Positions 11,841-25,599 of a DNA stretch of 64,000 bases are shown here, piece by piece. Below the pieces are notes generated by a model. The model made no database searches, was not told the DNA's origin, and saw nothing but the letters and a program-made list of their open reading frames with translations. Position numbers and translations under genes: made by a program. This DNA comes from Chlorokybus atmophyticus (taxonomy: Eukaryota > Plantae > Mesostigma and Chlorokybus algae): assembly GCA_009103225.1 (NCBI GenBank), contig RHPI01003788.1, positions 88,839 to 152,838 on the forward strand, in the 5' to 3' direction. The first letter of the stretch is position 1; the number at the start of each line of letters is the position of its first letter.

Positions 11841-12929
11841 CGGACTTTCAAGCTGTACTCTTGGATTGACATTGCACTCAGTGGTCGCTTCTTGAGTTCC
11901 AAGCATGCACGGAGCTGCCATTTAACATCTGGACAACACCAGTAGTAGCAGCTGTGACATCTTCAAGTGGTGGCTTGCAATTCACACATGCGTGTGTGCG
12001 ATTTGTTACAATTTCACAGCTTGATCCAGGCACGCATGTACGACCACCTCATGCGCAGCGTTGCTGTGATTGACTTCATGTAAGCAGCAATGGCAGTGTC
12101 AGTAAGCAAGCAACACTTGTTGGCTCGGATAGCCTCGACAGCAGGAATTGTATGGCTACACATGGCTTCTTCGGCCTGTTGCTGATGCGTGCATGCATAG
12201 CAACTAGCAGCTTTACAGTGCCCTGCTATCAACTATGAACAACAGCCTCATGCTGCGCTTCATGTTGATGTTAAGGCATGTGCAGCCGTTTGCAGAAATG
12301 TTTGGTTAAGTATATATGAAAAAAACAACATTGGTTGCAGTGGTTGGTTTGGGCAGAGAGGCCGGGAGGAGATAAAATAAAAGTTCCACTCGCGCTCCCC
12401 GTGAGTTGTGGTAAACGTCAACCGGCAATTAGGCAATGAATTGCTAGCTGTTTACATAAAGCCTATATACATTGTATACATCATGTAGTACACAAAATAT
12501 CCCTTATAGGACATAGTATTCATATAAGCACTATATACATATAGCATACATAGTATCAACAAATATATATGCATATAGACACATAGTAGCACACCCCTTT
12601 TGTACACGCACACACACGACAGGGATCATCGCAACTGCAAAGGTGACGTGTCATGTTGACGTCACACATGCATGCTGTGCGATGGCTAACCTTAATTGGC
12701 CTAGCGGTAGCGCCGGCGGTGCATTGCAGCGGGCGGGGAGTGGAAGGCGGCAGAGCTAAAGGGGAGGGCGGGGGAGTCCGTTGGGTCTGCTGCGGCTGCC
12801 TCGCCTAGGATGGGCTCGCGAACCAACCGCCGTTGTGCATGTGACCAACCTGACTATGCATGCATGCATGACTGACGGGGCAAGTAGTGTTAGTGTCTGA
12901 GTAGTAGATAGACGTAGCCCGGTGGTGTT

Positions 12930-15575
12930 TTTTTTGGTTTTTGTTTTCACGCAAATCAATGTTGTATTAAGAGCGAGCAAAAGCGTTTGATGTTGTGAGC
13001 TAGCTAACTATTAGAGTAGTAACAGAACAAGACATACAACAAGAGGGTAGTAGGTAGTGTTTGAGAGTAAACTAATTGTGCTAAGTTGAGTATGTCCACG
13101 TCCGCTAGTAGAAGGAGGAGAGTCGGATGATTATATTGGGAAGGGGGGGCTGCCTGTGCCACAGACAGCGCAAGCGATTGCTTGCAAGAGCGCAACCACT
13201 TGGTGACAATGCATGTTGGGCTGTGTGTTGACAGCCGCCTGCGCATTGCAGTTTCGCTTCAGCCGAGACGGCTTCACTGACATGCGCGAAAGCATGCTGC
13301 CGCTTTGTGTGCTCGTCTGCTTACCTGAGTCCAACTGCTGTTAGCACCTCAGCTGTAACAACTTCCATGGGTTGAGCGACACGTCAAAGAGTCCTGCTAT
13401 TGATGTGCAATTAGCTGATAAATCTGAAACAAAAACACCAAAAGAAGCAGGAAAAGGCTGAGGCAAAGCATGCGACGTGATCTGGCAGCTGTCAGCCTGA
13501 TTCTTGCACGGACAAACTGTGCTGTCAACAGCAAAGCTAGTCGCAATGCAGCACAACAGTAATGTACAAGCAGCAAATCTGGCAAGTAAGTAACTTCTAT
13601 GCATCAATCAGTGCCACGTGGTTGGCAACAGTGGGTTGTGAGCCATGATATCAATCAATTCATTAGCCCCAACCAAGAGGCTCTCCTGACCAGCGATGTT
13701 GTAGCCGTGCTTTGGGCAAGCATTTGTACGACTGGGATAGTTTCCCACCTCAGGCAGGCTACCACATGCATATACCAGCAGCAACTAACCACAAAGCAGC
13801 CCACGCCAAGCTGAACATGGTAGCTTTTGGTACAATGNACACATATTTAAGGAAAGCAGTAAGCCAGTTGTCGTCTGAATGAACTGTTGACTGCACTCGT
13901 GACCACTCACTTTTTGCCATCTCCAGGATGGCAGCGGATATGGTTAGGATGCAGCGAGAGGGAGAGGTAGGAGTCAAAGCGAAGGCGGTTGCGCGCCAGC
14001 CAGATGTGTCATAAGATTAGTGGGAAGAGCTTTCGCCAGAGTTCCTTAAGCGGTAGGTCCGGGGAGGGAGAGTGAAAGAAGACGGTGTGGAGGGATGATG
14101 TGAAGGGGAGGCCTCCTACGTGAGTCCATCATGTGCACAGCTACTTCCACACCTGCATGCTGTAGGAGCAGTCGATGAAGAGATGTGAGGGGGTTTCTAG
14201 ACGGGGAGTTGTGCCAAAATGCAGCTGCCCTCAAACATGTCAAAGCGCTGGAGGCCATCAGCGGTGTAGTAAGCATGGTGTAAAAGTAGCCACATAAAGG
14301 ATTTGATTGATCCTTTATATGATGATGAGTGAACCAACTGCCAAGCTGTTGATCATAGCTCGCCTGGGGCTAGTGTCTGCGGTCATCTTCTCGCAGCAGG
14401 AGAGAGATGCGCTTGTCTGGAAGCTAGAAGGTGGTAGCCTAGTTTGGCTCTGTATTCCAGAGAGAGCCAGGTTGAGAGAGTGTGGACTCGGGAATCCAGT
14501 CTGTGGCTATGGGGTCAATGTGCAGTGAGCGGAGGGGTGCGGCGCCAACTACTTTCTAGCCTGCATAGCGCTGAGCTGGGGGAAGTGCTTGCCAAGTTGC
14601 GCTACTAATTAGAGCGGTGGAGCGAAGGAGGCGCCAGTGATGTGGAGGGGGTAGGACTCATATGCGGACAAATTGACGAAGGCCGTACAAAGAGGCAAGG
14701 GGGAGGCCAGTGTATCTTCTTTCGGATCTTTCAAGGTGAAGGCCGTTGCTGTAGAGCGGTTGAGTGATGAGTTGCCAATGCGAAGCGCTCTAGTGATGGA
14801 CAATGAGGGAGAAGGCACTCCCCACCATTTGCCTGATGACGAGGTGCCAGTTCCCTCCTGTAAGATTGTTCGCAATTCAGCGGGGAGGGCTTGTTGCAGA
14901 ACTGTAAGCTGTTCCTGCGCTGTAGTCAGAGATAGTTAGAGTCAGGGTTCTAGCGTTGTTGCTAGGCGAAAGGACCTGGTCGCTGTGCTCCACAGATCTT
15001 GCACAACCAGAAACTCTACTGAAGCCTAGCGGCGCCGGCGATGGCGGGAGGAGCTGCTGGAGCCAAGGGGCTTGCCTCCAGCATCCAAGATGAAAGGGTT
15101 AAGATATAGGGATTGGCGAAGTTCCTCATCATATGTAATGGGTGGGAGGGGAGAGGAAGGCCGCACCTTCAACCAAGATTTGAAGATGCGCTTCCAATGC
15201 GGGGGGAGGTGGTGCGTTGGTAGTCCTTCTGCAGAGTAGAGGGCTGCTCCATCGGGAGCCAGCGTATCAACTGCGCAGGGGTTCGTGCTCTAAGGGGAAG
15301 CTGTTCGCAGCCCCATAAATCTAAAGAACGGTGGCCTAGTACTTTTCATGTTGCTTATGTTGGATCAATCGGTCTCGCTGCCCATTTCGCAAGCAGCGCT
15401 GATGATTGCCATCCAAGATCATGGACTCCAAGCCCTCCTTGTGAACGGCGTTGGCAAACTGTTTGCCAGTTCACTAAGCCTCCTCCGGTGCTAGAAGAGC
15501 GTTTCTACAAGAAGGCTCGGACGCTGGAGGTGATGGACTTTAGCGCAGCCGCTGGCGGAGAAACTATTGCAGCTA
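12930..15575 (-). mobile_element. 5'-truncated, degraded L1/Tx1-type LINE (ORF2 C-terminal region, 3' UTR, A-rich tail)
   Basis: Minus-strand translation gives PPHWKRIFKSWLKVRP..EELRQSLYLNPFIL..VQDLW (about 15.2-15.0 kb) and a zf-RVT-like KSFMWLLLHH..C..ETPSHLFIDC..VW (about 14.3-14.1 kb), with stops and frameshifts. A-rich tail aaaacaaaaaccaaaaaaaa at about 12930-12950. Interrupted by 13150-13837. Confidence 0.75.
13150..13837. repeat. 688-bp apparently identical copy of 8092-8779 lying inside the LINE (probable misassembly)
   Basis: No differences seen by eye; bounded by a G run on the left and a single N (13838) on the right. Confidence 0.85.
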
Positions 15576-15929
15576 GGTGCCACATGCATGATCAATTCGT
15601 TATAGCCAAGCTGCAGTAAGCATTAAGCTGCTGCTAAGCAGCATGCAGTGCCATGTTTGCAAAGGCAACATCGACCACACGAAGAGCAATACAAAATAAT
15701 ACAAGCATGCTTGTCAGCCAGAAGCTTCTGCACATTTTGTGCTGCTTTGCAAGCTCACAGCTGAATTGAAAGCAAACTCAATCCCCCTGCGCCTGCTGGT
15801 AGCCAGCTAGCCACCTTCCTCACACGGCAAGCCGCAGCTCCCCGGTAAACGCTTTCAGCAGCGCCTGCCACCTCGCAGGTGCATTCCAACCTTAACACAA
15901 GACAAGGCAAGTTCACCCTAGGGTTTTAC

Positions 15930-16120
15930 TGAAGACACCCTGCCCGCCGACGCCACCAGCGACACCAGCGACCAGCAACAAGCGCAGCGTCAAGCAGCAG
16001 CAGCAGCAGCGCCTGTTTTGCTGATAAGCACAAACGCTGAGAGAGTTTGCGCGGATATTGACACAGTTTGTGGCCGAATGCCTGGGGACACAAAGGGCTG
16101 ATATCTAGATGCCGGCAATG
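15930..16120 (-). repeat. Central element copy (reverse orientation) upstream of copy C
   Basis: cctgcccgccgacgccaccagcgac..caacaagcgcagc..cgcctgttttgctgataagcac followed by GATATC. Confidence 0.75.
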
Positions 16121-16999
16121 TCGGGAAGAAGGGTCAGCTGTGCAGCGCAGCCATTCCATCTTGGCAGCTGCGGGGCGGGCGGCGCCGGCGGCGGAGGACG
16201 ACGAAGGGAGAGAGCCCAAGCTGTAGAACACTCTCTTCAGCAAGTACAAAGAATTTGTCCGCTGATCTGCAGGAAGTGAGGTATGCATAGCAAGCTGGAT
16301 GACAGCCACTAGCCAATTGTTGGGCTAGTTGCTGGTTGACAGGTTTCTGAAGCAGCTGGGTGCAGCAATATATGTCGGGGCAGCTGCCAGGCTGTGTGTC
16401 ACAGTGCATGCAAGCTACATGCTGTTTGACAGCATGCAGCTTTGTGTGCGTGTGTTGACTCAGGTCCACTTCTAGCTAACTTGCTTTGGCGTAAGTGCTC
16501 TGATCAACTGCCACTGCGTAGTCTAGGTCTGCTGCCTGCAAGTGTGCCACAGTGTGCATGACCGCAAATACACCATCTTCACACTGTGCATGAATTGCAA
16601 TTGTTATTGTCATCAACATCAACTAATACCGGCTAGATTGCCAATGCTTCCATGACCAGCCATGCTGCTTTATGGTCAGTCGCTGGGTGACAGTGTATGC
16701 ATGGGGTGTGCAAGCCTACCCTTTGTGGGATGCTTGCCTACAACACGGTTACAACATTGCTAGCCCAGGACAAGCTCTCCTGAGTGTTATTTGGTCTCTC
16801 GGCTCAAACAAATTGTTGCCAAATGTGGCATTATACAATGCTTAGAAGCAACATGCTTGCTTGCCGATCGATAGCTGTGCTGCACTGCAGCTAGCTATCT
16901 CATAAGCATACACAATTTGTCCGTGCAAGCTTCACGCTGATAGCTACCACATGTCGCATGCTTGGCCTCATTCGTTTCGCCTCTCCTAGTTGACAATGC

Positions 17000-18799
17000 A
17001 TTGCATCAGCAGGACTCTCTGCGACAGCAGCTCAATCCATGGATGTTGTTTTCGCTGAGGCATCGACAGCATGTGGACTCAGGTAAGCCACACAAGCACA
17101 CACTCAACGGTAGCCTACCTTGCTGAGCATGCACTTGCGCATGCCAGTGAAAGCTGTCTTGGCTGAAAAACTCAAAGCTGCAACCCTTAGGCGGATGTCA
17201 ATGCGCCACAGCCGGGACGCATTGCAACGGAGTGGTTGCACTGTTGCAAGTCGCTTCTATCGGCAGCAACCACGAAAGCATTCCAGGTGGTATGACTGCC
17301 AGCAGCAAATGTGTGTTGTTACCTTTGTGCGCTAACACAACAGGAGGTATGACAGCAAGTGCGTGTGTTGCAGCATCCAAGTTGACAACAAGCTCACGGC
17401 TTGTTTGCTTGGCACCCAATTGCAATTGAAACATCGGCTGCGGCACACGCAGCTGCTTTGCGCTCAGAGTAATCAGCAATGTATTGGTCATAAAAGTTTG
17501 CTAGAGTGTTGTTTGCTTGACTGGTTGTATGCGACATGCTGACTGAAGAGTATGAGTGTTGTTACCTGTGCTGTCAATCCAGTATGCTCTGTGCGTGCGT
17601 GTGTGTGGACAAGCGCGCATGGATGCACATGTTTAAGCATGCATGCACGCGCAAGGGTGTGCACCCACCAACTGTTGCTGTTTGTAGACGACGACTTGAG
17701 TGACAGCAGCAGCGAGGCCAGCACACATCGACATGCACTTGTTCAAGGCGGCGGCAAGCAAGGACGCAACTCCAGTGAAGACCAGGCAGGTCTTGCCATG
17801 CATTCGGCGCAAGTCATACTAGCTTCTGCTAGTTTGGCCAACGTTGGCAGCTTTGCTATAAGTAAATCATTCGTCCTCTCAGGCTGATGCGTCTCATGGA
17901 GGGGCTGGCGAGCGCTTGTGGCAGCTTCCAACTGGCGTTTCCACCTCAGCCGTGATGGTCCCGTGCGAGTTTGAGCGCGACTTCAACATCGCTTTAATTC
18001 AGCGGGTCTGTGACTGCGTGCCCGCAGGTGACGAGGATTAAGCCAGCGTGGTAGTGCGTTACACTCTGCGCATAAAAGACATTCTGGACGCAGAACCGTA
18101 TACCAGCACGCTTGCAACCGGGTCAAGGAGGCGTGACCAGGCACTGCTGTTGAAGTTCTCGTTCAATGAAGAGACGCGCAAGTTCTTTTCAACAACGAAC
18201 GCCCTATTGCGGTCGGGATCGCATGGCTGCTGGGTGTGACAGCGGAGATGTATCAAGTGCGAGAACTTTGCGATGCCCCAACTATCATTTTCACGGGATC
18301 CCCAGAACGAGCGCATGTGGCAGCGTACTTGTGTGGCTTTGCAATCATATCATACAACAATGCCAGTCACAACTACATTTACAAGGTAAGCTGGCTGGTA
18401 CACAACATTCAATATCATCTGCCACCCAGCATTTTTCTTCTGTGCTAGCACAAAGCGGAACACGCATGCGTATGTTCAGCTTTGAAAAACGCAGACACAC
18501 GCGCACACACGCATTGAGAAAAACGCGCGCACACACACGCATGTGCGCATGTGCGTGTACATGCACAGATGCATATGTTGACAACTTGTGTATATTATGC
18601 ATGGCAGAAGGATACCCGCAAAGATTTTGTGACAATCGGAACCAACAAAATGTACTTTTCTGTGGATGATCACATGAAGCGATGGACGGACGCAGTCCTT
18701 CAAGGCCTCGATATTGTTATCCCTTCCGACCGCAGTATGACAGTCAAACCACTTGACAAATTACCGGGCGCGGCCGTGCCTCCCTTGCTCGGAGCATAG
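17000..18799 (+). pseudogene. Family-1 copy C (in-frame stop and frameshift in core exon)
   Basis: GAGGATTAA stop near 18040 where the twin copy G has Gln; frameshift near 18200; the last exon to ..PPLLGA* is intact. Confidence 0.85.
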
Positions 18800-20189
18800 A
18801 GCTGTACTACAAGTCGCCCATTGCACACAAAAAGCCCCCATCTGGTCTTCTCAGCTGTACCGTCTGATTCAGTCTTAATTCAACGATTGATACTCAGTCA
18901 AGGCTTGGGTTCCAAGCAAGCTTGCTGGCGCAAAGCTGACACTAAACACTCAGTTGCCACTGGAAGTAGTTGTAAATGTGAGAGCTTCAAGTGGCTGTTG
19001 TGACAAGCACCTGTGTTGGCTTTGGCGTTGCTTGTTGTAACACATTATTCATCTTGCTGCATCGCATATGTTACACATACATCATGTCATGATAATTTGT
19101 CGTGCACATGAGGCTCATGCGCACGACAGTCAGTGACAGCAAGTTGACCTTGGCACGTGTACAAAATGCTGGACACAATTGCCCATACATAAAACATGTA
19201 TGGGCAATCAATAGTAGTATAGCATCACACGCCAACCAACCATATTATCATTCAAGTCGATCACTGGGCTACACAACTACATCGCTACTCCACTGCCACT
19301 ACCTCATGTGTATAATATATGCACTGAGATGATGATGACACGCAGCAACTCATCATTCATTCACTACTTACCTTCCACGTGACCACCGAGCTAAGCACGC
19401 ATTGTTAAGCTACTTCACTACTTCTAACCCTTCTATTGCCCAACCCTGTTGACCATGCATGCATGGATGTGTGCACACGCGTTGTAAAGCGCCTTCCTGC
19501 ATGGACGCGGAAGACTCACGCACTCCCCGGCTGCAGCTCCCAACCCTCCGTCGCCCACGATTGCAGCGCTTGCGTCACTGTTGTACGTAGTCATGCTGCG
19601 CTTTTGGGCTTCATCAGCTACTGCGACGCATGTCGACGTCTGCACGGCACTCCCGGTCGTTGAAGCTATCAAGCTGAAGTGTTGTGTTCCCCATCGATGA
19701 CGCTGGCAGACTGCACTGCTCCCCATGCACTTGCCGCTGCAAGTTGTCTTCGGCTTTGGCACTGCCCTGCACGACCAACAGAGCGGGCACCAACACCTGA
19801 CTACTTACACTATCCTATGTGTACATGCATGGTGCTCCCGGTCAAGCACCAACTATCCATATACCCACGTGCAAACAGCACAAGCTGATTCATCATGCAC
19901 AACCAACAAACCAAGCATCACGGAGCATGCATGTGCTACGTATATCATAGCATAGGGTGTGTCACACAATTAGTCGGATCAAGTCCCTGAGCACAGCTTT
20001 GCTTCAGCTTGTCGGACTTCTTGTGACATCATGAGTTGATGATCATAGGTCTGTGAAGGACTACATCTACGTGTATTCGTACACATGCGCACTCATGCAC
20101 ACGAACATGCAGACAACTTACATGCACGCACATGAGAGCACTCGCATGCACGGTTGCATACGTTAACAACCCCCGTGTCTTATGCGTGG

Positions 20190-20835
20190 TTGACGGACAC
20201 CCGGAAAGATTGTGTGACAATCGGAACAAAAGTTGTTTCTTTTGGGGGGGGGGGACTACAAATGTTAATTTTTTNNNNNNNNNNNNNNNNNNNNNNNNNN
20301 NNNNNNNNNNNNNNNNNNNNNNNNNNNNNNNNNNNNNNNNNNNNNNNNNNNNNNNNNNNNNNNNNNNNNNNNNNNNNNNNNNNNNNNNNNNNNNNNNNNN
20401 NNNNNNNNNNNNNNNNNNNNNNNNNNNNNNNNNNNNNNNNNNNNNNNNNNNNNNNNNNNNNNNNNNNNNNNNNNNNNNNNNNNNNNNNNNNNNNNNNNNN
20501 NNNNNNNNNNNNNNNNNNNNNNNNNNNNNNNNNNNNNNNNNNNNNNNNNNNNNNNNNNNNNNNNNNNNNNNNNNNNNNNNNNNNNNNNNNNNNNNNNNNN
20601 NNNNNNNNNNNNNNNNNNNNNNNNNNNNNNNNNNNNNNNNNNNNNNNNNNNNNNNNNNNNNNNNNNNNNNNNNNNNNNNNNNNNNNNNNNNNNNNNNNNG
20701 GACTACATAAAAAAGCGACCGATGGATGCAATTCTTAAAGGCCTTGATACTCTTACACCTTCCCTCTGCGACATGGAAGACAAACTCTTTGACAGGTTGC
20801 CGGGTGCAGGTGTGCTTCCCTTTTTCGGAGCATAG
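20190..20835 (+). pseudogene. Family-1 orphan last exon (copy D), spanning the N gap
   Basis: TDTRKDCVTIGTK before the gap and MDAILKGLDTL..LFDRLPGAGVLPFFGA* after it; no core exon upstream. Confidence 0.7.
20275..20699. other. Assembly gap (425 N)
   Basis: Run of N in the sequence. Confidence 1.
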
Positions 20836-21919
20836 AATTCACTACAAGTCCCCCCCTTGCACACCACAGTAAACTTTCAACTGACCCTCATTATCGACTC
20901 TGCACTCAATGGTCGCCCTTGACGCCATTAGAAGTATGGGAAGCTTCAAGTCAGTGTTGTGAGCAGCAGCAGCTGATGATGATGATGATGCATGCATGCA
21001 ATGTGGGTGGTCACACACAAAGTGACAGATTGACTCGGCACGTGCGTGTAGCCAACTCACGCAGCACAGGTTTCTTGGTATGAGTTTGAATGAGCAGCAA
21101 CGAGTGTTAACATTGATAGAACTGATTGCTGCAGTAGTAATCAAAGCAAGGCCTACAGATGTGTTTCTCAGTCTATTTTTGGGTGCATGCTCAACATACA
21201 GCCTCATAGAGTGGCTGGCAGGGTGAGGGGCCCAAACACAGCAAGTGATTTGCGTTGCAGCACAAGACATCAATGTCCTCCAAGAGCCACCTGGTATTCA
21301 CAATGTGTGCATGCCCGCGTGCGATCCATATGGCAACACACGCAGTCCACTGGACACTCGTACACTCGCACTCACCTTGACATGTGACATGTCAAGGTGA
21401 GTGAGAGTGTATGAGTGGTGAGCATGATCTATGCGGTGAATGCAACACACTTGCATGCAGACTACATGCGTTGCGACTTCCGTACACACTTAACGTCCTA
21501 TACGTTTATACACACCGTGCCTTCCTTGTCGTAGCCACCACCTCACACTACGCAACTTGCTAAGAGGCATGTAAATCAATTCACATGCCAAGGGCAAAGT
21601 TTATGCATATGTTGAAGAAGCGTCTCCTCCCTCGCCTCACTCCACCCTTACGAGTCGTCAGATACGACTAACTGCACTAACCGCACGCCAAAAATTGCAC
21701 GTTTCAAACCCACTCTATGACAGGCGGGCAGCATGCTGATAATGCTGCGTAGCAGTGGAGAGATAACGGCGCTTCCCCTCCTTAATAACCGAGTGCTGCC
21801 AGCACTTTACTGTCTAACAGCACGACAAGCCTGAAGAAGCTTATTTTTTAATTTCGTCTCGTCGTCCTTGTCAGCCACCGCTCTCACTGCAGCTGCACGC
21901 AAAAGCAAGAGAGCGCAGG

Positions 21920-22150
21920 TTCTGTCGATATCGCGGGGGCTGGCTGACAACGATTGAAATCTAATACTTCCCCCTTCTCACCGCCGATATTCTTTGAAGT
22001 GTGCGTCGATATCTGGACTGCGGAATGCCCCTGTCAGCTTGTGTGCCCCTATCCGCAAAGCACAGGCGCTGCTGCTGCTGCTTTGTGTTGCTGCGCTTGT
22101 CTCTGCGCTTGTCGCTGGCGGCGTCGGCGGACAGGAGCGGGTCAGGAAGG
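21920..22150 (+). repeat. Central element copy upstream of copy E
   Basis: GATATC boxes at about 21927 and 22007, then ggcgctgctgctgc..gctgcgcttgtctctgcgcttgtcgctggcggcgtcggcggacagg. Confidence 0.75.
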
Positions 22151-22559
22151 ATGGTTGAGCTTTCCTGCCTTGTCAAGCTTGCTGAGAGCGCCAGGTTGAC
22201 CACGTTACGGCGCTGCTGCAACGGTACGCTGCTGCGGCTTGGCGTGTAAGTGTGGTAGCTAGCTAGCTGCCAGCCAGGCCACAACAGGCCACAGGAGGCA
22301 AGCTGCTGCCTGTTAGTTTTGAAAAGCTGCTGGCTGCAGGCTGCTGCCGTCTCAGTCGGAGCAAGCAATGCATGGCTCATGCAGGATTGCTGTCTCTCCG
22401 CAAACGCACTGTTGCTAACGGCATTGACTGATGCTCAGCCGCGACTTGCATGCTTGCCGAAAGCTAGCTCAGCAGCGTATGTCACATGGTTTGACTCACT
22501 CGCCTTTGGCCTCTTTCTTTCAGTGATTGTGGTGAAAATATCTGCTATACGACAACGCG

Positions 22560-24310
22560 ATTTACCCGCAGGACTCATTGTCGAGTGGCTCAAGCAGCTG
22601 GACTTTGTTGTAGCTGAGGCGGCAGCAGTAAGACCATGTGGAGGCAGGTAAGGCTTCACGCAAGCAAACAGCCACACAAGCAATACGCATTGGCAGAATG
22701 CTACAGAGCATGCCACTGACATTGTCTTGGGTAAAGCAAAGCTGGAATCCGCAGGCGGCTGTCTATGCACTACAGCCGACCCGGGGACGCATTGCAGTCA
22801 AGCCGGATGCGCTCTCACGTTGCAAACACTGGCAGTCGCGTACACACAGGCAGCAAGTGCAAAAGCATGTCAGGTAGTATAATTGCCAAATGCATGTGTG
22901 CTGTGTTATATTGCAGCTTGCAAACACTGCTGGGTTGTGCAACAATATTGTCACCCGTTACCCACTTGTTGAACAGCTTCTGAATGTAAGTGTTTCTGTG
23001 CATCCACTGCGTCTCAAGTTGTAGGAAGCTGACGCCTTCTTTGCTTGGAATCCGAATCAAGACTCGACTGCGGCCGCTTCTTGCTCAAAGTACGCAGCAA
23101 TGTTGTGCACGAATTGTCGTTTTTTGTTGTGTTGTTGGCTTGCTTACATGCAGCGTGTTAACTGGCACGTACGCTTGTAAAGCATGGGTGCGTGCGTGTG
23201 CACTCACCAACTACTCCTGTCTGTAGACGATAACTCCAGTGACGGCAAGCAAGAGCAAAACTTCAAAAAGAAAAAGGCAAGTCGAGCCATGCAATCGCTG
23301 CAAGTAGACTGTGCTGCATGAAGAGACCACTGCGTCTTCTAGCGTGACCAGCTTGAGCTTCTGCAAGACCAAACCCTTTTGGCTGTTCAGAATGATGCGC
23401 CTCATGAAGGAGCTGCCGATCGTTTGTGGCAGCTTCCAGCTGGCCGTGTGGTCGACGCCTTGATGGTCCCGTGCGAACTCGAGCCCGATTTCAACACCAC
23501 TTTGATTCAACGAGTGTGCGACAGCGTGCCAGATGGCAGAGAGGACCAGGCCAGCGTTGTTGTGCGATACGTTCTGTGCGTGAAAAACATGCTGAACGTA
23601 GCCTGTTCGGAACCGCATACCAACATACCTGCAGCCGAAACGAGGAAGCGAGATCAGGCCCTGCTGTTTGCTCACTCATATGACCATAGGTTATACAGAA
23701 ACTTTTGAAACTGCGAACAGATCATGGCAATGGGATTGCACAGCTGCTGGGTGTGAAAGCCCAGTTGTTTGACGTGCGAGAGCTTGACAATGCCCGGAAA
23801 ATCATGTTTACGGGATCCCCCGAGCGAGCGCATGCAGCAGCGTACGTGAGTGGCTTCACAATCACTGCCTCCGCCAATGCCAGCCGCAAATACGACGGGG
23901 TAAGCTGGCTGCTGTACAACATTCAGTGTTATCTGCCACCACCAACAACCCTAATCTTTTGCACAAACAAGAACACGTGCGTGCATGCACACGCGGAGGC
24001 ACGCAAGCAACGCATGCGCGCGCGAGTAAGCACGCGAATGCACATGGACAGATACATGTGGATACAAATCTTTGTGTACATGATATATGACGTGCTGTCT
24101 TTTGCATAGCAGAAGGGTACGCGCAACAAATTTGTGCCAGTTGAAACACCAAACCTGTACTTCGCTGTTGCGAACTCACTTGACGAGTACATGGAGCGAT
24201 GGGCGCGCAGTTCGTCAAGGTCTCAATACCATTAGACCTTCTAAACGCGACCTGACAATCTTGGACCTTAGACAACTTACCGGGCGCTGCCGTGCCTCCC
24301 TGGGATATAG
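22560..24310 (+). pseudogene. Family-1 copy E (stop and frameshift in core, disrupted last exon)
   Basis: DAPHEGAADRLWQLPAG..PCELEPDFN..RDQALLF stops at 23708 and resumes in another frame (GIAQLLGVKA..FTGSPERAHAAAY). Confidence 0.85.
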
Positions 24311-25599
24311 AGCTGCTCCGTGCGGCAGTAGTACAAGTTGTCGCTCTTGACATACACAACAGACTCTGGTCTTCTCAGCTGTAGTGACATGTGCATATAA
24401 ACAATGCGAAACGCAATGTGCATTTGCGTTTCGCATTGTTTATACACTGCACTCTTGATTGTGCAACTCGAGTGTCGAGAGTAAGCCTTCATGGCAGGAA
24501 GCAAAGCTGTTACTCAGGAATCGGACGACACCAGAATATAGCAGCTGTGAGATCTTCCAAGTAGACGCTTGCAACGAACCTGATCAAGCATACTGTCTAT
24601 ACACATGTGTCGTGGTCACAGGATAAGTTCTTGACCTGAGCACGCGCGTGTGACTAATTCCCTCAGTTTTGCTGTGATTGACTTCTTGTAAATAAGTGGC
24701 GATGTCATTGCTGCTGGAGTGCTCAGATAGCCTCTATAGCAGGACTTGTGTGACTACAGCCTCTTCGCCCTACCCTGGCGACTACCAGCAAACCGCCACC
24801 CGCGACAAGCTTGCTTGTGCAATGCAGAGCCTGTTGCCTTACACAAACAGTGTGTATAGCCCGGTGGTTGTGTTGTAATGTGCTTGCATGTTGCTGTTTG
24901 GCATGCTGTGAGTGAGGTCATGCATGTCTCCAACTACTGCCAGCATATCCTGTACACCCCTTGCAGCAGATACCGACAAGTCCAGAGACAACCAATGGCA
25001 GGGCCAGCTACAGAAGCGCGTCTGATATGAAAGCCAGCACTCGCAATATGCGCCCAGATCCCTGCTGCTTTGCCTGAGGGGTTTATCTTGGCGTTTGCTG
25101 CTGCAGAGGAGGAGCATAAAGAGAGGAGCGGGAGGAAGAGGAGGGGTGGGGTGGAGGACAAGGGGGAGAGGAAGGCCAAAATTCAAAGGGCGCTGCCAAA
25201 ACCGAGCATGTTGGAGAGGTGACCTGCTTGAGCGTGCCTGTTGTGGGTTGAATTGTTGGCTGGCCGGCCTAAGGGCTCAATTCAGTCACACCATTCAATT
25301 CATTACGTGAGTGCGTTATTAGTCCAGCACTTGCCTTTGTAGTCTTTATCTGCAAGTGCTGAGGACAATGGCGCGCATGCGAGTAGTACCAGACAGCTCG
25401 CACAGAGCTGCCTTTCGATTGTACAAAAGCAGTGCAAAGGCAGCACACAAATAGTGCCTGACTGTTCCAAACATGCGCACACATGGACATTGTGTACACA
25501 CAACAGTCACTACGGTCTGTAGCAAGTGAAGTGGTGATGACGCACAGGTAGTCCGACTACCTATGCGTCATGGATGCTAGTAGAGTCTACTAGCATCCA

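Larger units (their letters stand above)
15575..21772. repeat. Left arm of a ~6 kb inverted segmental duplication (partner about 40448-46230)
   Basis: Collinear reverse-complement match along the arm, e.g. 18551..18799 and 42987..43235 encode identical peptides. The junction gcagtggagag at 21772 matches ctctccactgc at 40448. Confidence 0.9.

Noticed and set aside
12690-12830. tRNA gene or tRNA-derived SINE
   Set aside because: An A-box-like TGGCCTAGCGG is present but there is no proper B box or cloverleaf.
13150-13838. Perfect 688-bp duplicate of 8092-8779 inside the LINE as a very recent capture event
   Set aside because: Complete identity, a poly-G left edge and a lone N at the right edge point to a scaffolding error; it needs long reads before being treated as biology.
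20275-20699. 425-bp gap hiding novel sequence
   Set aside because: The mirrored copy at about 41480-41510 has only a few bases here and ggactaca is repeated on both sides of the gap, so it is probably a poly-G artefact with little missing.
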